In this document: positions 17,095-25,116 of the stretch, piece by piece
How positions within the stretch are numbered: position 1 is the stretch's first letter
How the letters are laid out: each line of letters begins with the position of its first letter
Assembly: GCA_046545795.1 (NCBI GenBank)
Contig: JBKGZD010000002.1
Coordinates: 1-48,024 of the forward strand
Source of the DNA: Bacteroidales bacterium
GTDB taxonomy: Bacteria; Bacteroidota; Bacteroidia; Bacteroidales; UBA12077
Direction of reading: 5' to 3'
Length of the DNA: 48,024 nucleotides
Notes under the pieces: model-generated
What the model was told of the DNA's origin: nothing
The model's input: the letters and a program-made list of their open reading frames with translations, nothing else
Databases searched by the model: none
Translations under genes and position numbers: made by a program

Positions 17095-19479
17095 ATGTAC
17101 TCCATAGACAATTATAATTTCAATGGCAAGAAAGTTTTAATGAGGGTTGACTTCAATGTCCCCCTTGATGAAAATCAGAAAATAACTGATGATACAAGAA
17201 TAGTAACTGCATTGCCATCTATTCAGAAAATTTTAAGTGAAAATGGAGCGCTGATTTTACTTACACATTTAGGCAGGCCTAAAGGGAAGTATGATGAAAA
17301 GCTTTCAGTGAAGTATATTGTTCCCTATCTGTCACGTGTGTTAGAACGTGAGGTTAAATGTGTTGATGAATGCGTTGGTGATAAAGTAAAGAAAACGGTT
17401 AGCGAGCTTAAAACAGGAGAGGTTCTGATACTTGAGAATTTGCGATTTCATCCTGAAGAAAAGATGGGAGATGCAGATTTTGCCAGGCAATTAGCTGAGC
17501 TGGGCGATGTATATATCAATGATGCTTTTGGTACTGCCCACCGTGCTCATGCATCAACTTATACCATTGCAAAATATTTTTCGAAAGATAAGATGCTGGG
17601 CTATTTGGTGGAGAGTGAAATAAAGAACATTGACAGGGTCTTGAATGAGCCAGAACATCCTTTTACAGCGATTATCGGAGGGTCTAAAATTTCAACCAAA
17701 ATTCACATCATAAAAGCTTTAATTGAAAAAGTTGATAATCTTATAATTGCCGGTGGTATTGCTTATACTTTCAGTAAGGCAACAGGCGGGAAAATTGGTA
17801 ATTCAATAGTTGAGGATGAATACATGGATGTTGCCCTTGAAATTATTGACAAAGCAAAAAAATTCAAAGTAAACCTATACCTCCCAACTGACTGTATTAT
17901 TGCCGATAAATTCGAAAATGATGCAAACATAAAGCATACTGAGATAGACAAAATTCCTGATGGCTGGATGGGTTTGGATATAGGAATTAAATCTGCTAAC
18001 CAGTTTGCTAATGTTATTGAAAACTCAAAAAAAATCCTTTGGAATGGTCCCATCGGGGTTTTTGAGATGTCCAATTTTTCTATGGGAACACTGAAAATTG
18101 CTATGGCTGTTGCATCTGCTACAGACCGAGGCGCTTTTTCTTTATTGGGAGGTGGAGACAGTATTTCTGCTGTTAATAAATATGGATTAGCCAACAGAAT
18201 AGGCTTTATATCAACTGCCGGAGGAGCACTCCTGGAATATCTTGAAGGTAAAGAACTTCCAAGTTTAAGGGCAATTAGGGAGCAACTTACAATTGATAAT
18301 TATGATTTTAATGGAAAGAAAGTATTGATGAGGGTTGATTTTAACGTACCGATGGATGAGAATTATAATGTCATTGATAATACCAGGATAATAACCGCAT
18401 TACCTACAGTTAGAAAAATTTTAACAGATGGCGGGTCTATTATTTTCCTCACTCATCTGGGAAGGCCTGGTGGTGAATATGAAGAAAGTTTGTCTTTGAA
18501 ACACATTGTTCCTTATCTTTCAAGGATTCTGGATAAAGAAATTAAATTTGTTGATGATCCTATAGGTCGAAGAGCTAAATTGGCTGCAGAAAATTTACAA
18601 CCTGGAGAAATATTATTGCTTGAAAATCTTAGATTTCATAAAGAAGAGCTTGACGGTGATGAAGAGTTTGCACGTCAGCTTGCAGAGTTAGGAGATGTCT
18701 ATGTAAATAATTCTTTTGGTACGGCTCACCGGGCTCATGCATCAACATATACAATTGCAAACTATTTTCCTCATAATAAGATGCTGGGTTATCTTGTTGA
18801 AAATGAAATCAATAATATAAACCGGGTGATCAGGCGCCCGAAAAGACCTTTTACAGCTATCTTAGGAGGGTCACAGGTATCAACAAAAATTCATATCATA
18901 CGCTCTTTGCTGCAAAAAGTTGATAACCTGATTATAGCTGGTGGAATAGCTTATACTTTTGTTAAAGCAAAAGGGGGAGATGTTGGCGATTCATTAGTTG
19001 AAGATGATTACCTGGATGTTGCAAGAGAAATCCTGAATAAAGCTGAAGAAATGGATGTTCGATTGTTGTTGCCCATTGATTGTGTAGTTGCTGATGAGTT
19101 TAGCAACAATTCGAATGTAAAACATAGTGATATTAGTAAAATTGAAAAAGGCTGGAGAGGAATGGATATTGGCATCAAATCAGCAAATAAATTTGCCGAA
19201 GTGATTGAGAGTTCATCTTCTATACTTTGGAACGGGCCAATAGGGGTTTTTGAGATGTCGAACTTTTCCAGCGGAACACTTAGAATAGCATTGGCTGTTA
19301 CACGTGCTACCGATAAAGGTGCGTATTCTTTAATAAGTGGAGGCGATTCTATTTCTGCATTGAATAAATACAACCTGGCTCATAAAGTTAGTTATGTTTC
19401 AACTGCTGGTGGTGCTCTTCTAGAGTTTATTGAAGGAAAAGAGTTGCCTTCATTAAAGGCAATTAAGGAAAATATTTAA
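17095..19479 (+). CDS. pgk: Tandem-fused double phosphoglycerate kinase (two complete PGK units in one 794-aa ORF)
   Basis: Residues 1-397 and 398-794 each contain the full ordered PGK motif set. The motifs are VLMRVDFNVP, D(D/N)TRI, THLGRP, ENLRFH, FGTAHRAHAS, GGS(K/Q)xSTK, AGGIAYTF, WNGPIGVFE, GGDSIS and STAGGALLE. There is no stop codon or ATG at the junction (18285/18286). Confidence 0.9.
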   Translation: MYSIDNYNFNGKKVLMRVDFNVPLDENQKITDDTRIVTALPSIQKILSENGALILLTHLGRPKGKYDEKLSVKYIVPYLSRVLEREVKCVDECVGDKVKKTVSELKTGEVLILENLRFHPEEKMGDADFARQLAELGDVYINDAFGTAHRAHASTYTIAKYFSKDKMLGYLVESEIKNIDRVLNEPEHPFTAIIGGSKISTKIHIIKALIEKVDNLIIAGGIAYTFSKATGGKIGNSIVEDEYMDVALEIIDKAKKFKVNLYLPTDCIIADKFENDANIKHTEIDKIPDGWMGLDIGIKSANQFANVIENSKKILWNGPIGVFEMSNFSMGTLKIAMAVASATDRGAFSLLGGGDSISAVNKYGLANRIGFISTAGGALLEYLEGKELPSLRAIREQLTIDNYDFNGKKVLMRVDFNVPMDENYNVIDNTRIITALPTVRKILTDGGSIIFLTHLGRPGGEYEESLSLKHIVPYLSRILDKEIKFVDDPIGRRAKLAAENLQPGEILLLENLRFHKEELDGDEEFARQLAELGDVYVNNSFGTAHRAHASTYTIANYFPHNKMLGYLVENEINNINRVIRRPKRPFTAILGGSQVSTKIHIIRSLLQKVDNLIIAGGIAYTFVKAKGGDVGDSLVEDDYLDVAREILNKAEEMDVRLLLPIDCVVADEFSNNSNVKHSDISKIEKGWRGMDIGIKSANKFAEVIESSSSILWNGPIGVFEMSNFSSGTLRIALAVTRATDKGAYSLISGGDSISALNKYNLAHKVSYVSTAGGALLEFIEGKELPSLKAIKENI

Positions 19480-19580
19480 TTAAGGCTATTGAATTTATTG
19501 TGAAAATAATTTAATAAACCGAGTGAACATTTCGTTTAAAATTAAATTTAAACATTAGTTGATAAGAAAATATAAAAGTT

Positions 19581-20870
19581 ATGATAGAAAAATACAATTT
19601 ACCGCTAATACAAAACGCAGACCTCGACGGGAAGGTTGTTTTGGTACGTGTAGACCACAATGTTGTGAAGAAGGGTGAAATTCATGACCCTTACCGTATT
19701 GATGCCACGATTGGCACAATGTATCACATTAATGCCAAAGGAGGTAAAATAATACTTATGACTCATGTGGGACGCCCAAAGGATAAAAAGTCAGGGGAGA
19801 TTGAGATTAATGATGATTTATCCGTACAGCCTATTGTTGATTATTTACGGAATAAATTGCATATAACTCTTAAAGTGCCAGAATTTCAGCAACACGAAGG
19901 CAAGGGTTATTTAGGAATTGAAACTTCTGTAAACCATCTAATTCGTGAGTTGCGTGAAGGACAAATTGATGGGATTTATTTACCCAATACTCGTTGGTTC
20001 TATGGCGAAGAAGCAGAAGGGGAGGAAGCTGATCGATTTGCACATCAATTGGCCGGACTTGCAGATATTTTTATTAACGATGCATTTGGTTCCTGGCAGC
20101 CTCATGCTTCTACCGTGGGAGTGAATAAATACCTTCCTTCTTATGCAGGTTTTCTGATGCAGAGCGAGATAGAAAATCTTGAACGAATATATGACCCCCG
20201 AAAACCTTTTGTAGCTGTTGTAGCGGGAGCAAAATTTGATACCAAAGCAGAGCCATTGTATGCTCTTCTTGAAAAAGCAGATTATCTGCTTTTGGGAGGT
20301 GTTATTTATAACGCATACCTGGCCGCCAAATATGGTTTTGAAATAAATGGTATTACAGAAGAAGACCGTAAACTAGCTAAAAAATTTGTTGATTATACTG
20401 AGAAACATCAGAACAAGATTATTGAGCTTCCATATATTGTTGAATCTGATACCCTGGAAGGGAAATTTGAAGGACAATACAGGGAACACTATATTCATGA
20501 TCTCGAACCAGGAACAAAGTTGAATTATGTCTTGGACGTTTCGCATAAATCATTTGAAGAAGACAGGGTGCAGGAAGTATTTCATACCGCCCAGACTATT
20601 TTTGTTAATGCTGTCATGGGTTTTACTCCCCATTTTAATGATGGTACCATTGCACTCGACCAGCTTATTGATGAAAATGTTGATGCTGTAAAACTATATG
20701 GTGGTGGTGATACGATGCAGGAATTGAAACGATTGCTCCCGGGACTATATATTGTCGCACTTGATCATCCCAAGTATTACATTTTTACAGGTGGCGGAGC
20801 TGTGTTGAAAGCCATTCAGGAAGGTACAACTCTTGGACTTGAACCTATTAAAGCCCTGAAAAATTCTTAA
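19581..20870 (+). CDS. Divergent PGK-fold kinase paralog, substrate unknown
   Basis: 429-aa ORF colinear with PGK but with altered motifs. The changes are VRVDHNV (VDFNVP), DPYRID (DDTRI), THVGRP (HLGRP), PNTRW (ENLRF), FGSWQPHAS (FGTAHRAHAS) and AGAKFDTK (GGxKVSxK). Further changes are LGGVIYNAY (GGGMAxTF), VNAVMGF (WNGPxGVFE), GGGDT (conserved) and FTGGGAVLKAI (STGGGAxLE). Confidence 0.75.
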   Translation: MIEKYNLPLIQNADLDGKVVLVRVDHNVVKKGEIHDPYRIDATIGTMYHINAKGGKIILMTHVGRPKDKKSGEIEINDDLSVQPIVDYLRNKLHITLKVPEFQQHEGKGYLGIETSVNHLIRELREGQIDGIYLPNTRWFYGEEAEGEEADRFAHQLAGLADIFINDAFGSWQPHASTVGVNKYLPSYAGFLMQSEIENLERIYDPRKPFVAVVAGAKFDTKAEPLYALLEKADYLLLGGVIYNAYLAAKYGFEINGITEEDRKLAKKFVDYTEKHQNKIIELPYIVESDTLEGKFEGQYREHYIHDLEPGTKLNYVLDVSHKSFEEDRVQEVFHTAQTIFVNAVMGFTPHFNDGTIALDQLIDENVDAVKLYGGGDTMQELKRLLPGLYIVALDHPKYYIFTGGGAVLKAIQEGTTLGLEPIKALKNS

Positions 20871-20889
20871 TTTTGTACTTGCAGCGCTT

Positions 20890-20946
20890 AACCCTCATGT
20901 CTTCTATTTTTATCACAGAAGGAAAAAAGCATGAGGGTTTTGTACT
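20890..20946 (+). terminator. Terminator-like imperfect hairpin downstream of the PGK-like gene
   Basis: aaccctcatg (20890-20899) pairs with catgagggtt (20930-20939). An inner cttct/agaag pairing sits within the loop, and the structure is followed by a T-rich tract (tttgtactttt). The large internal loop makes this weaker than the other two terminators. Confidence 0.35.
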
Positions 20947-21081
20947 TTTCATTATTCAGTTGAAAACCTGGGTTGAAATTGTTTTACATAGCCGATTAAA
21001 AGGCATGGTAGAGAATTTTTGAATAAAACAGTTGTGTAATAAATCAGAAAAATATTGAACAGACGTTAAATAAATTACTGC

Positions 21082-22422
21082 ATGAAAGGATTTAAAGCTT
21101 ACGACATACGCGGAATTTTTAATTCAGATTTTAATTCAGATGATGTTTACAGGTTAGGATATTTTTTGCCTGAACTTTCGCCAACCAACAAAGTTTTGGT
21201 AGGTAGAGATGTAAGAGAGAGCTCTGATGAAATTTTTGCGTCATTATTAAGAGGTTTAACAGACCGGGGTGTTGATGTCTACGATGTTGGTCTTGCTACT
21301 ACACCGATGGTTTATTATCTTACAGGGAAGTATGATTTCAAACTTTCCGTACAAATTACCGCATCACATAATCCTAAAGAATACAATGGTTTCAAAATAT
21401 CAGGGGAAAAGGTACTCCCTATTGGATTTGACAATGGTCTGAACAAACTCCGGGAGTTAGTCCATTCCGGTAATATTGTTCCGGCCGATAAAAAGGGTGC
21501 ACGTATAGATTTTAATGTAACAGATGAATACGTAAAATTTTTACGAAATTATATTCCTGGAGATTTATCAAGCCTGAAAATTGGGATCGACTGTTCAAAT
21601 GGAATGGCCGGTCTGTTTATTAAAGAGCTGCTGGGAGACCAGCCTCATTATATTAATTTACAACCTGATGGTCGCTTCCCAAATCATGAACCCAACCCAC
21701 TTGAGCCTGATAATCAGGAAGATATTAAGGCGCTGGTAAAGAAAGAACAATGTGATATCGGCGTTATTTTCGATGGAGATGGTGACAGGGTTATGTTTAT
21801 AGATGAGCATGGTGAGTTTATTTCTCCTGACCTTATCATAGCGTTTTTGGGCCACTATTTTCTTACTAATCCGGGAGAAAAAGTCTTGCAGGATATCCGT
21901 AGTTCAAAATCTGTTCAGGAGTATCTGGAAAAATTTCAGGCAAATGTTTATACCTGGAAAGTGGGCAGGGCATATGCTGCATCACGGCTAAAGGAGATTG
22001 ACGGGATTTATGGGGGAGAGCTTGCCGGGCATTATTATTTCAAAGATTTTTATTATTCAGATTCCGGAATAATGGCAGCTCTGATAGTTTTAGGAATAAC
22101 TTCAAAGTTTAAGAAACAAGGAAAGCCAATTTCCTCAATAATTGGGGATATAAAAAATTATACAAGCAGCGGGGAAATTAATTTTAAAATAGAGGAAAAA
22201 CTTGATGCTATTGAGGCTGTAAAAGATTATTATATACAGAACAATAAGCCCTTAAAGATACTGGACTTTGATGGGTACAGGCTGGAGTTTGCTGATTGGT
22301 GGTTTAATATTCGTCCGTCAAATACAGAGCCCTATCTCAGGCTGATTGTTGAGGCTAAGAATGAAGAACTTCTTAATTTAAAGGTTGAGGAAATAAAAAA
22401 ATTAATCAGACCCTATTTTTAA
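21082..22422 (+). CDS. Alpha-D-phosphohexomutase (phosphomannomutase/phosphoglucomutase type)
   Basis: 446-aa ORF. It has the catalytic phosphoserine loop TASHNPKEYNG, the Mg-binding loop FDGDGDR, the sugar loop GGELAGH and the phosphate-binding loop RPSNTEP. Confidence 0.85.
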   Translation: MKGFKAYDIRGIFNSDFNSDDVYRLGYFLPELSPTNKVLVGRDVRESSDEIFASLLRGLTDRGVDVYDVGLATTPMVYYLTGKYDFKLSVQITASHNPKEYNGFKISGEKVLPIGFDNGLNKLRELVHSGNIVPADKKGARIDFNVTDEYVKFLRNYIPGDLSSLKIGIDCSNGMAGLFIKELLGDQPHYINLQPDGRFPNHEPNPLEPDNQEDIKALVKKEQCDIGVIFDGDGDRVMFIDEHGEFISPDLIIAFLGHYFLTNPGEKVLQDIRSSKSVQEYLEKFQANVYTWKVGRAYAASRLKEIDGIYGGELAGHYYFKDFYYSDSGIMAALIVLGITSKFKKQGKPISSIIGDIKNYTSSGEINFKIEEKLDAIEAVKDYYIQNNKPLKILDFDGYRLEFADWWFNIRPSNTEPYLRLIVEAKNEELLNLKVEEIKKLIRPYF

Positions 22423-23030
22423 TGGCATTACAAAATTTTTATAAAAAGGGAGTGCTTGAAGCCGGGTGTGACGAAGCTGGCCGGGGATGTCTGGCAGGTC
22501 CTGTTTTTGCTGCTGCAGTTATGTTTCCTCCTGGCTATGCGAATCCAGACTTAAACGATTCTAAAAAATTAAAAGCAGAAAAAAGGAATGAATTAAGAAA
22601 AATTATAGAAAACGATGCAATGGCTTATGCTGTTGCAAAAGTTGATCCAGAAGAGATAGATGAGCTGAATATTTTTAAAGCCTCAATAATTGCAATGCAC
22701 AGGGCAATAGAACAACTATCTTATTTACCAGAACATTTGCTTATTGATGGGAAATATTTTTATAAGTATAAGTCTATCTCGCATACCTGCGTAGTTAAAG
22801 GAGATTCAAAATTTTTATCAATTGCAGCAGCATCAATACTGGCAAAAACTTACAGAGATGATTTTATGATGGAATTGCATGAGCAATATCCTGAGTATAA
22901 CTGGTATAAAAATAAGGGATACCCAACTTCTCAACATCGGGAGGCTATCAAATCAGAGGGTATTACCCGTTTTCACCGAAAAAGCTTCCGGCTTTTACCG
23001 GAAGCTTACCAGGCGAAATTGGATGTTTAA
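22422..23030 (+). CDS. rnhB: Ribonuclease HII
   Basis: 202-aa ORF. It has N-terminal catalytic GCDEAGRGCLAGPV (the DEAGRG motif), DSKKL and the ASILAK motif. The start overlaps the upstream stop by 1 nt (taATG). Confidence 0.9.
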   Translation: MALQNFYKKGVLEAGCDEAGRGCLAGPVFAAAVMFPPGYANPDLNDSKKLKAEKRNELRKIIENDAMAYAVAKVDPEEIDELNIFKASIIAMHRAIEQLSYLPEHLLIDGKYFYKYKSISHTCVVKGDSKFLSIAAASILAKTYRDDFMMELHEQYPEYNWYKNKGYPTSQHREAIKSEGITRFHRKSFRLLPEAYQAKLDV

Positions 23031-23074
23031 GCCAAATTAATTTTTTGCTGTCGGATATAATAAAGATTCATGGG

Positions 23075-23590
23075 CTATTCGTCTTCTTTTGTTTCATCTA
23101 CAAACTGCCTTTGGGCAAGTTCCCTGTCAATCATGAGCAGACCTTGTCCGCTTCCGTCAATAATTTTAAGTTTTTGCAGAAGTTCATCGGCAGAGGCCTC
23201 TTCTTCTACCTGCTCAGCAACAAACCACTGTAGCATATTGTCTGTACTGTGGTCTTTTTCTTCCCTGGCTAAATTTACCAGATCATGTATCATTTGAGTT
23301 ACCTTTTGCTCGTGACTATAAACCTCATCAACCACATTTACCGGGTTATCCCACTTTGCTGGTGGTTTATCTATAGCTTTCAGACTAACTTTTCCTCCCC
23401 GGTCAAATATATAATTGTAGATTTTCATTGCATGTGTCATTTCTTCCTGGGCCTGGATGTACATCCAATGTGCAAATCCTGACAGGTTCATGTCCTCAAA
23501 ATATGCCGACATTGACAGATAAAGATATGCAGAATACATTTCTGCATTTACTTGTTCATTAAGTGCTTTTTCCATTTTTTCTGATAACAT
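23075..23590 (-). CDS. ftnA: Non-haem bacterial ferritin
   Basis: 171-aa ORF with ferroxidase-centre pattern. The elements are LNEQVNAEMYSAYLYLSMS, QAQEEMTHAMK and a late EQVEEE helix. Confidence 0.85.
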   Translation of the reverse strand: MLSEKMEKALNEQVNAEMYSAYLYLSMSAYFEDMNLSGFAHWMYIQAQEEMTHAMKIYNYIFDRGGKVSLKAIDKPPAKWDNPVNVVDEVYSHEQKVTQMIHDLVNLAREEKDHSTDNMLQWFVAEQVEEEASADELLQKLKIIDGSGQGLLMIDRELAQRQFVDETKEDE

Positions 23591-23685
23591 AGTTTTTCCT
23601 CCTTTTTATGTTTAATGTTCATTATAGAATGAGATTAATATTTGTTAACAATATTTGCTGGAAATTGTTTTCCCTAAAAAAAGCC

Positions 23686-24174
23686 ATGTATATTTTACCG
23701 TATAAACATATAAGACTAAAGTCGCAATTAAGTTCTGCTGAGGTTCTTCATAAAATTACTCAAATAACCGATCAGGATCAAAAAAGTATTTACTGGGGCA
23801 AACGATTTTATAAGAAATTCAGTGGAGAAATAGGGGAGAGAAATTTTTTGATTAGACCCGTTGTACCCTACTGGAACATATCTCCAGTTGAAATTGAAGG
23901 ACGATTTATCTCTGAAAACATGAATGAAAGTACATTTGATTTACGTATTATTTGTCCCTATTTGAGATTTGTTATTCCATTGGGAATTCTGGCTGTGGTT
24001 TTATTCTTCTTTAATTATAGAATGACAGAAGATGCAACAATATTCTTGAGTAGCATTTTTATTGTCGTTTTTACGGCATATTTGCTGGTAAATATTCCTT
24101 TTCAGATTCAGGCAAAAAAAAGTCTCAATGACTTATTGGAGATCACTGAAGGAAAAGAAGTTAGAGAAAGCTGA
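23686..24174 (+). CDS. Hypothetical membrane protein
   Basis: ORF with two predicted C-terminal TM helices (FVIPLGILAVVLFFF; IFLSSIFIVVFTAYLLV) and no recognisable motifs. Start is set at the internal Met (MYILPY...). The 23608 start would leave only 17 bp to the divergent ferritin start. Confidence 0.35.
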   Translation: MYILPYKHIRLKSQLSSAEVLHKITQITDQDQKSIYWGKRFYKKFSGEIGERNFLIRPVVPYWNISPVEIEGRFISENMNESTFDLRIICPYLRFVIPLGILAVVLFFFNYRMTEDATIFLSSIFIVVFTAYLLVNIPFQIQAKKSLNDLLEITEGKEVRES

Positions 24175-24339
24175 AACATGACACTTAAAAATATACTTAT
24201 ACTTTATTTAACCTCGCTTTTGGATAATTTTGGTAGTTTTTGTTGTTATAATTCACCGCACATATTCACAACATTCTGATAATTAAAACTCTGATTACTC
24301 CTAAAGACGCCTGTTTAAAGACAATTCGAAGATTTTTAT

Positions 24340-24738
24340 TTAAAGGTATTGATCTATAGTTTGTGATTTTAGGTATTCTTTGAATTCATTTGCCATTTTG
24401 CTGGTAACATTATTGAGAATACATTTATTAAACGGGCATACTGGTTTATCCATCGGGCAGGTATTGATTTCAATTTCTCCTTCTATTGTTTCATACAGTT
24501 CCAGGAAGGTTATATTCTCTGGGTTTTGTTTTAGTTCGAATCCACCATTTGGTCCTCTGTGCGAAATAAGATATCCCGCTTTTACAAGCCTTTGCATGAT
24601 TTTGGCCACATGATGCCTTGAAGTATTAGTCCTTTCCGCTATTTTAACCACATTCATTCCACCTTTTTCCCTGGCAACTAATATTATTCCATGCAGGGCA
24701 ATTGATGCAGCTTCCGATAATGATACTATTTTTGACAT
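24340..24738 (-). CDS. Rrf2-family transcriptional regulator (IscR/NsrR-like, putative Fe-S binding)
   Basis: 132-aa ORF. It has an N-terminal winged-helix pattern (ASIALHGIILVA...VVKIAERTNTSRHHVAKIMQRLVKAGYLISHRGPNGGFEL) and a Cys cluster CPMDKPVCPFNKC (C-x6-C-x4-C). Confidence 0.85.
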   Translation of the reverse strand: MSKIVSLSEAASIALHGIILVAREKGGMNVVKIAERTNTSRHHVAKIMQRLVKAGYLISHRGPNGGFELKQNPENITFLELYETIEGEIEINTCPMDKPVCPFNKCILNNVTSKMANEFKEYLKSQTIDQYL

Positions 24739-24845
24739 TGTGAATTCAAGTAATTTTGGTATTTAATTACGCAAATATACAAAAAAATAAAGCAATATTT
24801 TTTAAATTAATTTTGAAAAATGCATGAAAGATATTAAGGTAGGTG

Positions 24846-24919
24846 TGGAGACTACGGGGCTCGAACCCGTGACCTCCACGCTGCCAGCGTGGCGCTCTAG
24901 CCAACTGAGCTAAGTCCCC
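24846..24919 (-). tRNA. tRNA-Ala (anticodon GGC)
   Basis: A manual cloverleaf was built on the reverse complement. Acceptor stem GGGGACT pairs with AGTCTCC and contains the G3:U70 Ala identity pair. D stem is GCTC/GAGC. Anticodon stem CCACG/CGTGG carries the loop CTGGCAG, giving anticodon GGC. T arm is ACGGG-TTCGAGC-CCCGT and the discriminator is A. The 3' CCA is not encoded. Confidence 0.95.
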
Positions 24920-25116
24920 AGGCAGACACAAAAGTAATATTTTTATTTGAATCCTCCATATGTAAATTGTAAATAATAATTAAAATCAATTATGGAGATT
25001 TCCTTCAACTTTAAAAAATAAATAAGATTTTCTGAGGAATCCAAAAAAATGAGTTCTCCTTATTAAATATTTATATTTGTGCTTTATTTTTGAAAAATTT
25101 AATCATTTAAATCTGT

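Noticed and set aside
17763-19373. Antisense ORFs of 143 aa (17763-18194) and 121 aa (19008-19373) that are similar to each other.
   Set aside because: They lie opposite the homologous C-lobes of the two PGK units. Their mutual similarity is simply the mirror of PGK-PGK homology. They have no start or stop context or motifs of their own, so they are shadow ORFs.
17095-19479. The double PGK might be an assembly artefact (collapsed or expanded repeat) or a very recent tandem duplication.
   Set aside because: The two halves differ at a large fraction of nucleotide positions, including many amino-acid changes, so reads would not cross-assemble. The junction is in frame with precise loss of the stop and start codons. 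Read-level verification of the junction is still recommended.
24846-24919. The tRNA-Ala gene could be an integration hotspot for a genomic island.
   Set aside because: There is no integrase, no direct repeat of the tRNA 3' end and no compositional break visible on either side. The flanking genes (Rrf2, panC) are ordinary.
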